This document shows, piece by piece, positions 28,840-38,531 of a DNA stretch of 64,000 nucleotides (within the stretch, counting starts at the first letter, position 1; each line of letters opens with the position of its first letter). A program made the translations under genes and the position numbers. Under the pieces are notes generated by a model that had not been told where the DNA came from, made no database searches, and was given only the letters and a program-made list of their open reading frames with translations. Source of the DNA: Candidatus Babeliales bacterium (GTDB lineage Bacteria > Babelota > Babeliae > Babelales > JANWKD01); the NCBI GenBank assembly GCA_963701665.1, contig OY969622.1, positions 416,001 through 480,000 of the forward strand, read 5' to 3'.

Positions 28840-28982
28840 GGTTTTGCTAGGTATTGATGCCAAAATAGATTAAAACCGTCTTTTTATCCCCAAAAACAGG
28901 GTAATTTGACGGTTTCATCATTATATGATAAAATTCTAATAGAAAATCATTATCAATAAAATAAAATGAGAGGTTACATATA

Positions 28983-30119
28983 ATGAAGAAAACTATACTC
29001 TTTTCCCTGTTTTTAGCTATTGTTGGTCTACAGACTGATTTATTAATGGCTATGAACAAAAGAACAAAAAATGATTCAGTTGAAAGCACCCAAGAATTGA
29101 AGGGAAACTCCCCTAAAAAGTTAGCAGTTATCTGTTTTGATAAAGTCCTCAATGCAGTTATCGATGAACAAATAGGCTTAACTGATGCGCTCAATGGCAT
29201 GCCATTAACCGAAGAATTAGCAGAGCAACTAAGATTGAGATATGTAGAGTTAGTATCGCACATACAAACTGAAGCTGATTTGGATACAATACTTTCATAT
29301 ATTGATCCAAATGAGTCCGTTATCGATGGACAGCCTTTATTAACATATTTACTAGCTAATAAAAAGTTACAATTGGCTTATATACTTTTGTTTAAGCATT
29401 CAGATGCGTTGGAGTTAACGGTTGTTGATAGCTATGGACGTTCTGCGCTAATATATGCAATTCGCGCTCAATCATATGAAATGACCTATCATATATTGGA
29501 TGTATTAGAATGTCGCAATCAGCTTTCTTCAATAAATAATGGGCAGTGGGACGCATTTCTTGCGGCATGTAAATATTTTCCTCACGCTATTGAATTGTTA
29601 ATAGCTAAAGGTATTGATTGTGAAAATAGTGGTAATAAGGGATTGAAGGCATTTGTAAATAATATAGGTGAAAGAGCTGAGAGAGCTGCTTCTAAAACGA
29701 TGTATCAATTTGGTTGCTTTAAAAAATTGGTTCATGCCACTGATTCAGCATTAATAAATGGATACGATCTTTTAACAGATACCATTCTTTATGGCAACGC
29801 GCAAATGCTTAAGAAGCTAGTTAAAAGGGGCATAGATCCCAATTACAGTAAAAAGCCTAAAGATATGCCTATTTATATTGCAATTGCAACTGGTGAGTTG
29901 GAAAAAGTAAAACTATTGGTTGAATGCGGTGCTGATCTATCACCAGTAAAAAAGATGAGTCCTTTAACATATGCTATAAAACGGTATAAAAGAGCAAGTG
30001 AAGATAGTTCTTATGCATATTTTCAGATAATAGAGTTTTTATCAAAAAATGGTTCGGTGATGAACAAAAATTTAAAACAAGCGCAAGATCATCCTGAATT
30101 ATCTAAATTGTTACAATAA
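28983..30119 (+). CDS. secreted ankyrin-repeat protein
   Basis: signal peptide; GRSALIYA, KVKLLVECGAD, SPLTYA repeats. Confidence 0.85.
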   Translation: MKKTILFSLFLAIVGLQTDLLMAMNKRTKNDSVESTQELKGNSPKKLAVICFDKVLNAVIDEQIGLTDALNGMPLTEELAEQLRLRYVELVSHIQTEADLDTILSYIDPNESVIDGQPLLTYLLANKKLQLAYILLFKHSDALELTVVDSYGRSALIYAIRAQSYEMTYHILDVLECRNQLSSINNGQWDAFLAACKYFPHAIELLIAKGIDCENSGNKGLKAFVNNIGERAERAASKTMYQFGCFKKLVHATDSALINGYDLLTDTILYGNAQMLKKLVKRGIDPNYSKKPKDMPIYIAIATGELEKVKLLVECGADLSPVKKMSPLTYAIKRYKRASEDSSYAYFQIIEFLSKNGSVMNKNLKQAQDHPELSKLLQ

Positions 30120-30147
30120 TAGTAAGTCTTAGGGGGAGGAGGTTATA

Positions 30148-31611
30148 ATGAATATATTCTTAAAAAATTTGATTATTATCGCAATTTTTGGATGTGCATT
30201 TAGTCCATTATGGAGCATGGAAAAGCGAAAACGTGAAGACACGCCACAGCACAATGCGGAGCTTGTTTTAACTGCATCGCCTGCAAAAGCACCAAAAATA
30301 GAACACTATAAAAAAATTAATGTAAAACCGTTAAGACTCAAAGAAAAGTTAGTAAAAAAAGCAGCCTATGCGATTATTCATGCTATTCTTGAAGGCAAAA
30401 TTACCCTTAAAGATGCATTTGAAAAAATTCCTGTTGAGATGAGGGAATATATAGCGAATTTACCGTTAATTCTAAATCAAACATTGTTATATAAAGTTTC
30501 TTCGGCTGATGATGTCCAGTTGTTACTCGAAGCTGGCGCGCCTATAACAGCGAAGAATGAGGATAATCAAGATGTACCATTCATTGATAATGAATGGGTA
30601 GATCCTTTAGAGAATTTTCTAACTAGCAATAAAACTGACGCTGCTAATGAATTAATAAAATTTATACAAGAAAAATATGGTGAGAATAATAGTTTGACTT
30701 CTAGGGTGAGTGCATACCGGGAGGAAATTAAAACTATCACGTATGAAGAAGATTTAAATATGTTCATTATTCAAGGCAATCTCCAGGCAGCTACAGAATT
30801 GCTTATAAATGAAGGCTTATCGCTTAATTTTGCTAAAAAAGATCCCTCTTTTGGTAGAACTCCTTTGATGCATGCTATACGACAAGGATATGTTGAACTT
30901 GCCTCAGATATTTTGGATTATATGAAACAAAAAAATAATGAGGGATTATCCCTAGAGGATTTGGGTGGAAAAACGGCTTTATGGTTAGCATATGAATGTA
31001 CCCCTGAATTGATTGAAAAATTAATTAATAGCGGTGTCGATATCAATGGATTGGGACCTTCAGGTAATTCCTTCTTAATGGCCGTAAGTGCATTTATTTT
31101 TCAAAATAAATTTCCACGGTTATTCGATTTGATCCTCGACAAGAAACCTACGGACTTAAATCATGAAAATCATAATGGCGAGACAATTTTATCACTTGCG
31201 ATTAGTGAAAATTATGACGCTGAGAAGATAAAAAAATTAGTAGCGAATGGCGCAGACGTGAATTTTGCTAATGATTATGATGAAACTCCATTAATGTATT
31301 TAACGAGTGATTCTTTAGATGCCGTAAAAACACTTATTGAATTAGGTGCTGAGATTGATTATGCCAATGAAAAAGGTAAGTGTGCATTACGCATTGCCCT
31401 TGAACAATATATTTCGCAGTTTGATGAGATTGAACAAACTAATAATGATAAAGCTATTGCGATGCTTAAATTTTTACTTGGTAGCGATGCTACAGTTGAA
31501 AGAAAAGATATTAAAAATTTTGATAAATTAGTTACTGACCATGAAATCAAGCCGGCATTAGTAGCAGATGTGAGAAACATGTTAACTGATACGTGGGAAG
31601 CACAAACATAA
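30148..31611 (+). CDS. secreted ankyrin-repeat protein
   Basis: signal peptide; GRTPLMHA, GKTALWLA, LVANGADVN, ETPLMY. Confidence 0.9.
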   Translation: MNIFLKNLIIIAIFGCAFSPLWSMEKRKREDTPQHNAELVLTASPAKAPKIEHYKKINVKPLRLKEKLVKKAAYAIIHAILEGKITLKDAFEKIPVEMREYIANLPLILNQTLLYKVSSADDVQLLLEAGAPITAKNEDNQDVPFIDNEWVDPLENFLTSNKTDAANELIKFIQEKYGENNSLTSRVSAYREEIKTITYEEDLNMFIIQGNLQAATELLINEGLSLNFAKKDPSFGRTPLMHAIRQGYVELASDILDYMKQKNNEGLSLEDLGGKTALWLAYECTPELIEKLINSGVDINGLGPSGNSFLMAVSAFIFQNKFPRLFDLILDKKPTDLNHENHNGETILSLAISENYDAEKIKKLVANGADVNFANDYDETPLMYLTSDSLDAVKTLIELGAEIDYANEKGKCALRIALEQYISQFDEIEQTNNDKAIAMLKFLLGSDATVERKDIKNFDKLVTDHEIKPALVADVRNMLTDTWEAQT

Positions 31612-31655
31612 GTTTAAATAATAAAGTAAAACACATGGAGTGGGGGAATTATATA

Positions 31656-33125
31656 ATGAAAAATCTAGGGACACGACTAATTACTATTATTTTAGCTTTG
31701 TTATTTTTTCGTTCAGTATTCCCGATGAAACGCAACCATGAAGAAACGCCAAAACAAACTGCAGAGATGGCATTACTTTCTTCAGCTAAAAAACGTTCAA
31801 AGATAGACGAAATTAAAAAAATTAATGTAAAGCCGTTAATACTCAAAGAAAATTTAGTGCAGAAATCAGCCTATGCAGTTATTCATGCTATTCTTGAAGG
31901 CAAAATTTCCCTTAAAGGGACATTTGAAATAATTCCTGCTGAGATGCGGGGATATATAGCGGGATTACCTTTAATACTAAATCAAACATTGTTATATAAA
32001 GTTTCATCAGCTGATGATGTCCGATTGTTACTTGAAGCTGGGGCACCTTTAACAGTGAAAGAAGATAATCAAGATGTAGAATATGTGGATTATGATGGTA
32101 TTACACCTCTTGGAGCTTTGCTTTTGGGAGGTAAAGAAGATGCTGCAGTAGCTCTCCTAAAGTTTCTTGACGGTAACCCTGATTTGCTCAGCATGCATCT
32201 CAATTCGCCTGGATCGGAAGTAATATCTATGACAAGAGAAAGAGGATTAAATGAAGTTTTTAAATGTCTAATGAGTCTCAAAAGTCTTAATGATGAGCAT
32301 AAGGTCTCTAAAGGACAAAAGATATTACGTGATCAATTACCTAGGGAGGGAACGTTCGGGTTATCTGATGCTGAAATGCTTGCTCATGAGATGTCGGATG
32401 TTCTCGATTCATTCAGAAATGGGTTATACCGTCTTGTGCGCTATCCAATAAAAAAAATGTACTTGGAAAACATTTTTGAGCGTGCATTGGGTCGTCATAA
32501 TTTTGGCAATATGCCGTATATAGTTTCTAATTTGGTAAAAATTAAAAACTATATACTACCTAAAGCTAAGCATGAAAAAGATAATTGCGATTTAAATAGG
32601 CTAATTCAAGAAGGTAATGTAGAAGCTGCATTGAATTTTGTTAATGATCTTGATGTTGATGTCGATCTTTCATATCAATATAACTATTTTTGGAGAACAC
32701 CATTAATGGATGCAATCACTCATGGATATGTTGATGTAGCTTCAGCTATCATTGAGCGTGGAAAACAAAAAAATGATAAGACTTATATAAATAAACAAGA
32801 TGGTCAGGGAAATACAGCTCTTAGATTAGCATTTAAAAATGCGCCAGGATTGCTAGGAAAATTAATTGAAAACGGTGCCGATGTTAATTATGGAAGAAAT
32901 GATGATAATTGGTGTGTATTACGGCTAGCAATTTTACAATACTTTAAAGAATTCAATAATTTTGCAGAAATTAATGGTCAATTCATTAGGTTTTTACTTG
33001 ATAATGGCGCAATAGTTTTAGCAAAAGATATTGCATATTTTGACACCTTAACTGGGAAGCATGGCATGAACCCAGAATTAGTAGCAGACGTGAGAACCAT
33101 GTTGAGTGATAAGATGCAAGCTTAA
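31656..33125 (+). CDS. secreted ankyrin-repeat protein
   Basis: signal peptide; GITPLGA, RTPLMDA, GNTALRLA, LIENGADVN. Confidence 0.9.
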   Translation: MKNLGTRLITIILALLFFRSVFPMKRNHEETPKQTAEMALLSSAKKRSKIDEIKKINVKPLILKENLVQKSAYAVIHAILEGKISLKGTFEIIPAEMRGYIAGLPLILNQTLLYKVSSADDVRLLLEAGAPLTVKEDNQDVEYVDYDGITPLGALLLGGKEDAAVALLKFLDGNPDLLSMHLNSPGSEVISMTRERGLNEVFKCLMSLKSLNDEHKVSKGQKILRDQLPREGTFGLSDAEMLAHEMSDVLDSFRNGLYRLVRYPIKKMYLENIFERALGRHNFGNMPYIVSNLVKIKNYILPKAKHEKDNCDLNRLIQEGNVEAALNFVNDLDVDVDLSYQYNYFWRTPLMDAITHGYVDVASAIIERGKQKNDKTYINKQDGQGNTALRLAFKNAPGLLGKLIENGADVNYGRNDDNWCVLRLAILQYFKEFNNFAEINGQFIRFLLDNGAIVLAKDIAYFDTLTGKHGMNPELVADVRTMLSDKMQA

Positions 33126-33145
33126 TCTTAATTGAATTCTATAAA

Positions 33146-33178
33146 AAACGAGCGGAAGTGATTCACTTCCGCTCGTTT
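33146..33178. terminator. bidirectional terminator
   Basis: AAACGAGCGGAAGTG-ATT-CACTTCCGCTCGTTT. Confidence 0.85.
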
Positions 33179-33184
33179 CATTTT

Positions 33185-33640
33185 TTAACTCGCTCGTTCA
33201 ACAGAAGCTTGATTTAAAAACTTTTGCAACTGAAATATTGCTTCTTGTGCTAAAACAATCGAAGCTCCGCCGCCCACCGTGCACGCTAATCCTAATATTG
33301 CGGTGCCTAATCCACCGATGCGCGCTAAAGCATCACTTACGATGCCAACTGGCTGATGATTTTCATCAGTTTGCCCGGCACTTTGGGATGCACGATAACT
33401 TCCCAAAAGGGTTACAACTGATCCCGTTGCAACAAGCACTGCCCCTACATATATTAAAGCTTTCACACGATGATCATCTAATGAAGGTCTCGTTACCGCA
33501 TAATTGACCTTATTATTTACTGCATCTAGTGTATTGCCCAATGTTGTTAATGGATCCGGATAGAGAGTATTAATAAAAATGCCACTCAAAAGCGCGCAAA
33601 ATAAAAGTTTTTTCATAGTCTCTTTCATAGTTAGGTTCAT
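33185..33640 (-). CDS. hypothetical membrane protein
   Basis: signal peptide plus two Gly-rich hydrophobic helices. Confidence 0.6.
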   Translation of the reverse strand: MNLTMKETMKKLLFCALLSGIFINTLYPDPLTTLGNTLDAVNNKVNYAVTRPSLDDHRVKALIYVGAVLVATGSVVTLLGSYRASQSAGQTDENHQPVGIVSDALARIGGLGTAILGLACTVGGGASIVLAQEAIFQLQKFLNQASVERAS

Positions 33641-33678
33641 CTATTTTTGCCATGTCACAGTATAAATTAACGCAAGCT

Positions 33679-33837
33679 CGATGTCACTATGCTGCGGGAA
33701 ATGCATATTGGAAAACAAAATTGTCATTGCGAGCGAATGCGTGGCAATCCAATTATAAAATTAGTTCCTTTAAGGGATTAATTAAAGTTTGGATCCCCAC
33801 GGCTAAAGCCTCGGGATGACATTCTCGTGCTCGCGTT
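33679..33837 (-). repeat. REP-like doublet (33723-33820) with conserved flanks
   Basis: reverse-complement near-copy of 18206-18363. Confidence 0.9.
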
Positions 33838-33853
33838 CGAGCACATCGAGATG

Positions 33854-35440
33854 TCATTTCTTCGTTTGATTAAGCACATACAATATACCAATACATAGAC
33901 CGATGCCGATTGGTAAAGCGATCAAACTTAATTGTGTGTTATACATGCCAATGTATCCAGCAATCAGATATGCAACAGCACTTGCAATGAGGGCAGGTAA
34001 TGCATAGATAAGTTGCGTGTACACATGATCAGTATGATAAGCGCCGCTGCTTGTTGAAGACATCACGGTTGTGCTAGAAATAGGCGAAATATGATCACCC
34101 GCAATTGCGCCGGCAAATGCTGCACCGAGTAGTGGAAATAATAAGAGTACTTGATCAGGTGTTGTTGGCGTTTGCATATGAAGCAATTGTATAAGCATCG
34201 GCGTTGCAAGAGGAATCATGACGGCGATAGTGCCCCATGATGAGCCAATTGCAATTGAGGTAATGCCGGAGACAATAAAAAAGATGCACGGAAGTAGCGG
34301 CAAAATGGGTGCGCCACCTAAAAGCGAGGCAAGATATACGCCACTTTTTAAATCATGAATGAGCAAGCTACTAAATGTCCAAGCAAAAAATAAAATAGCG
34401 ACGGAAGGTCCCATGAGTTGAATGCCTTCACGGACCAATGATACAAAACTTGTTAGGGTAACTTTTCTTTTACTAACAAAATAAAAAAAGCTTGCACAGA
34501 GCGCGAACACAGTTCCTGTGCAGAGTGCAAAGAAAATATCAGTTCGTGCGAGTGCTTGTGTGAGAGAATAGGTGCCACCAAATACGTGGTAGCCTCCTGA
34601 GTATAAAATTGCTATAAAAACGGAAAGCAATAAAAGAACGATGGGTATAAAAAAATCATACAACGTGCCGTGATCAACAGGGCATATAGTTGCTTGTACA
34701 TTTTTGTGCGGTTGTTTGCCGCCATAGAGATTGCCAGTTTGCTGCGCGATCATCTCCTGCCGTTTCATAGGCCCAAATGATATGCGCCAGCGTACGATAT
34801 AAAATACTGAAGCGAGGGTGATGAACGAATAAAAAATATACGGAATAACATGAACATATAAAGAAAAAGGATCAGCTAAAATTAATGGTGCATCAGCATA
34901 ATCTTGTGAAATGCCCGATTTATGCAACTGCATGGTCAGCGTGGCAATCCAACTTGAAACGGGAATAAGCACCACTAATGGTGCTGCCATGGAATCAATT
35001 AAATAGGCGAGTTTGACCCGCGGAATTTTAAAACGATCGGTAAGTGGCCGCATAATGCACCCGACGGTGATGCTGCTGAAAAAATCGTCAAACAGAAGAA
35101 GGCATGATAAAAGAACACTCGCTGATTCGGCGCTTCTAGCATCAGAAACTTTTTTTGCCATGATTGTGCTATATGCCGAGGTTCCTCCCGTGTGACTTAA
35201 TAATGCAATGAGCGTGCCTAATGAAATGAGAAATATAAAGGTATATATATTATCAGCATTGAATATCTGTTTTTGTAAATTTTGTAATAACAAAACGAGC
35301 GTTTCATTAAATGAAAAACGCGCGACAATAAAGCACGCGCTTACAATTCCTAGGCAGAGCGAAAGAAGCACTCGTTTGGTGATAAAAGCGGTACTCAATA
35401 CAACCAAAGGAGGAATGAGACTAACCCAAGAATACTGCAT
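33854..35440 (-). CDS. NhaC-family Na+/H+ antiporter-like transporter
   Basis: WVSLIPP, FDDF, LAYLIDS, GSSWGT, GDHISPIS; many TM helices. Confidence 0.88.
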   Translation of the reverse strand: MQYSWVSLIPPLVVLSTAFITKRVLLSLCLGIVSACFIVARFSFNETLVLLLQNLQKQIFNADNIYTFIFLISLGTLIALLSHTGGTSAYSTIMAKKVSDARSAESASVLLSCLLLFDDFFSSITVGCIMRPLTDRFKIPRVKLAYLIDSMAAPLVVLIPVSSWIATLTMQLHKSGISQDYADAPLILADPFSLYVHVIPYIFYSFITLASVFYIVRWRISFGPMKRQEMIAQQTGNLYGGKQPHKNVQATICPVDHGTLYDFFIPIVLLLLSVFIAILYSGGYHVFGGTYSLTQALARTDIFFALCTGTVFALCASFFYFVSKRKVTLTSFVSLVREGIQLMGPSVAILFFAWTFSSLLIHDLKSGVYLASLLGGAPILPLLPCIFFIVSGITSIAIGSSWGTIAVMIPLATPMLIQLLHMQTPTTPDQVLLLFPLLGAAFAGAIAGDHISPISSTTVMSSTSSGAYHTDHVYTQLIYALPALIASAVAYLIAGYIGMYNTQLSLIALPIGIGLCIGILYVLNQTKK

Positions 35441-35623
35441 ATAAAAGGCTCCTAAAAAATCGTGTGTTAATTACATTACTATTAGTATAAAATTAAAAAT
35501 GATTCTTGCCTAGAATTGGGCATTTTTATTTGACCTATCTAATAAATTTCTTTACTATAAAGAACAAGTACCTGTTCGTTTTTAAGCACCATTTCCTGTC
35601 AGAAAGCACAATAAGGATTTTTT

Positions 35624-36067
35624 ATGGATATGAATAAGGCGTTCTTTTTAAAAAAAGAAGATAGAAAGCCTAGCTGGAAAGTAATCGATGCAAAAGGAAA
35701 AATTTTGGGAAGATTGGCTACCCTGATAGCTGATACTTTGCAAGGCAAACTTAAACCAGAATTTACCCGTCACACTGATGCTGGCGATTACGTTGTTGTT
35801 ATTAACGCAAAAGAAGTTGTTTTGAGTGGTAACAAAATGGCAAACAAGCAATATGACCGTTACACAGGGTATATCGGTGGTTTAAGATCAAGAACAGCAC
35901 AAGAAATAATGGATAAAAACCCTGCAGAGCTTATTGAATTGGCAGTTAAGCGCATGCTACCTAAAACAAAGATGGGCAAAGCAATGCAAGATAAATTAAA
36001 AGTTTATCCTGGTGCTGAACACCCACATCAGGCACAAACCGGTGTGAAAGCTGCACCCGCTGCATAA
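35624..36067 (+). CDS. rplM: 50S ribosomal protein L13
   Basis: WKVIDAKGKILGRLA, GDYVVVINA, HPHQAQ. Confidence 0.97.
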   Translation: MDMNKAFFLKKEDRKPSWKVIDAKGKILGRLATLIADTLQGKLKPEFTRHTDAGDYVVVINAKEVVLSGNKMANKQYDRYTGYIGGLRSRTAQEIMDKNPAELIELAVKRMLPKTKMGKAMQDKLKVYPGAEHPHQAQTGVKAAPAA

Positions 36068-36088
36068 GATCCTTCATTAAAAGATAAA

Positions 36089-36119
36089 AAAAAGACCCGC
36101 GAAAAACGCGGGTCTTTTT
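36089..36119. terminator. bidirectional terminator
   Basis: AAAAAGACCCGCG-AAAAA-CGCGGGTCTTTTT. Confidence 0.85.
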
Positions 36120-36137
36120 GCTTTAAAATTAGCGCAA

Positions 36138-37250
36138 TTAACATTTCCAGAAAATTTTTGTGATGTCCTTAAAGGTAAGGTAGATTACGAGGAGTAAAAC
36201 GAGCAACCAGCTTGCATAATGAACATATTCGCGCACGCGGTCTGGTAATGGACGTCGAATGAGTGCCTCAATGGTATAATACAATGCCTGGCCACCATCT
36301 AGAATAGGCAGTGGGAAGATGTTAATAAAGGCAAGGTTGATGCTAATAAATGCCAGAATTAATATGAGCATACTAAATCCTTGCTCAGCACCTTTAATTG
36401 TTTGATGAATAATCATAAAAGGGCCGCCAAGATTGTTAAATTTTCGTTCTACAAATATCCCTTTGAATGCCTTTGATACCTGATAAATAATGTAATGGGT
36501 TGCGCCTATGCTTTTTTTAATCGATGTGAAAAAATCATAGCGCGGTACAACAAAATCGATGCCTAAAAAACCAACGGAAGTGCCATTACATTCTTTTGAA
36601 CCAATCATAACATCGAGGGTTTTTTGTTCATGGTTACGCTCGACAAGAAATTTTGCTTGCGCGTTTGGCAAAGTTTTGATCAGCTCTAATACATCTTGCG
36701 CATTGTGCACAGGGGTATTGTTAATTGAGATGATGGTATCAGAAGGAGCTAAAGAGGATTTTGCAGCAGGAGTATCGGGTAAAACGGTATCAACGGTTGT
36801 GGATGCGCTGTAGTGGTATAAAATGGGAGATTTTGGCATACCCCAAAAATACAGCATAGTGAGAGCAAAATAGGCAAAAATGAGATTAAAGAGGATACCC
36901 CCTGCCATAACCAGCATCTTTTGATAATAGGGCTTATTTGCAAATGAATACTTATCATTGCGATATGCTTCTTTTTGTTCCCCCTGGCCCATTTCTGCAT
37001 TGCCTGCTATTTCCACGTAGCCGCCTACAGGAAACGCAGATAGAGAGAATTCTGTTTGCCCAATTTTTTTCTTGAAGATACGGGGCCCCATACCAATTGA
37101 AAATGAAGGAGTGCTGATCCCGAAGATCTTGCAAAACGTGAAATGGCCTAATTCATGAAAGCCGATAATAAACCCAATGCCTAAAAGCCCTATAACGATG
37201 AACAAGGCACTTTGTGCATAGGTAACCAAAAAAGAAATGAGATCAGGCAT
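36138..37250 (-). CDS. rseP: RIP metalloprotease RseP (M50, PDZ)
   Basis: HELGH, PDZ domain, NIFPLPILDGG. Confidence 0.93.
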   Translation of the reverse strand: MPDLISFLVTYAQSALFIVIGLLGIGFIIGFHELGHFTFCKIFGISTPSFSIGMGPRIFKKKIGQTEFSLSAFPVGGYVEIAGNAEMGQGEQKEAYRNDKYSFANKPYYQKMLVMAGGILFNLIFAYFALTMLYFWGMPKSPILYHYSASTTVDTVLPDTPAAKSSLAPSDTIISINNTPVHNAQDVLELIKTLPNAQAKFLVERNHEQKTLDVMIGSKECNGTSVGFLGIDFVVPRYDFFTSIKKSIGATHYIIYQVSKAFKGIFVERKFNNLGGPFMIIHQTIKGAEQGFSMLILILAFISINLAFINIFPLPILDGGQALYYTIEALIRRPLPDRVREYVHYASWLLVLLLVIYLTFKDITKIFWKC

Positions 37251-37647
37251 AAAAACTCCTTATGGCCTTATTAAATTCATAGATGTTACACGTGATTATT
37301 AAAGTATCAATAAGAACGCAATAAGTCTATGCTGCCGTATGAGTTTTCTTTGGTTTAGACTGGTTCACCGGCTTTTATAGGTAAGAGGGGGGGCGCCAGC
37401 TTCCCGCCTAGTCATTTTTATGGTAGGATTTCTCGCATTTGGCTCGTCAAAAAAAAAATATAATATGCAATATTTTTCTGATGAAAAAAATGATCATGAT
37501 TTCTGTAATCAATTCCACTTGAAAAAATTAATAAAAAGGTTAAAATAAATGTATCCTTAACTACATGATTCGTCGAACGAAACTCAAGTAACAGGCAGTT
37601 AAAATAATGTTTTTCAAAATTTATCTTCTAAATTTTAGGATTGTATA

Positions 37648-38034
37648 ATGCCTACCATAACACAGCTAGCTCATAAAGGGCGTACGAAAGTTAAATATAA
37701 ATCAAAGAGTCCTGCGTTAAAAAATGCTCCTCAAGCACGCGGGGTCTGTTTGCGTGTTTCTACTATGACACCAAAAAAACCAAACTCAGCGCTTCGTAAA
37801 GTAGCCCGTGTTAAGCTTTCAACAGGTATAGAAGTAACTGCCTATATACCAGGCGAGGGGCATAACCTACAGGAGCACTCTGTTGTATTGGTTCGTGGCG
37901 GCAAAGTAAAAGATTTGCCAGGTGTTAAATATCATATCGTTCGTGGCACCTTAGACACTGCTGGGGTAGAGAACAGAAAGCAAAGCCGTTCATTGTATGG
38001 CGCAAAAATGCCTAAAGCTAAGGAAGGTAAATAA
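37648..38034 (+). CDS. rpsL: 30S ribosomal protein S12
   Basis: [11 protein letters not shown]. Confidence 0.98.
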   Translation: MPTITQLAHKGRTKVKYKSKSPALKNAPQARGVCLRVSTMTPKKPNSALRKVARVKLSTGIEVTAYIPGEGHNLQEHSVVLVRGGKVKDLPGVKYHIVRGTLDTAGVENRKQSRSLYGAKMPKAKEGK

Positions 38035-38516
38035 TGTCACGACGTAAATCAGTAAATTATAAAAGAGAAATTGGCGTTGACGAACGCTTTGGCTCAGAAA
38101 TCATTCAAAAGCTTATAAACGTAACTATGTGGCGTGGTAAGAAAAATGTTGCCCGTACTATTGTTTATGAAGCTATTGAAAAGTTCATTAAAAAAGCTGG
38201 TGGCGATCAAAATAAAGGTCTTACCATTTTCTTTAAGGCTTTTGATCAATTGGTGCCAGCCGTTGAGGTTAGACCACGCCGTGTGGGTGGTAGCGTTTAT
38301 CAAATCCCTACTGAAGTAAGGCCTGATAGAGCGCGTGCTCTTGCAATACGTTGGTTATTGGGGGCAGCAAAATCACGCTCAGGGGAAACCATGGGCGCAA
38401 AATTAGCTGATGAGTTGCTTGAAGCGTATGAGGGTCGTGGAAATGCCATCAAGAAAAAAGTTGATGTGCATCGAATGGCAGAAGCAAACAGAGCGTTCTC
38501 TCATTATGCATGGTAG
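38034..38516 (+). CDS. rpsG: 30S ribosomal protein S7
   Basis: RRVGGSVYQIP, MAEANRAFSHY. Confidence 0.98.
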   Translation: MSRRKSVNYKREIGVDERFGSEIIQKLINVTMWRGKKNVARTIVYEAIEKFIKKAGGDQNKGLTIFFKAFDQLVPAVEVRPRRVGGSVYQIPTEVRPDRARALAIRWLLGAAKSRSGETMGAKLADELLEAYEGRGNAIKKKVDVHRMAEANRAFSHYAW

Positions 38517-38531
38517 CGGTAGGGGTTACTC

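Noticed and set aside
28847..29263. 138-aa minus-strand ORF
   Set aside because: It is antisense to an ankyrin gene and its promoter region, with no protein features.
6067..33820. Palindromic repeats as a CRISPR array
   Set aside because: They are dispersed and inverted, the spacers resemble each other, and there are no cas genes.
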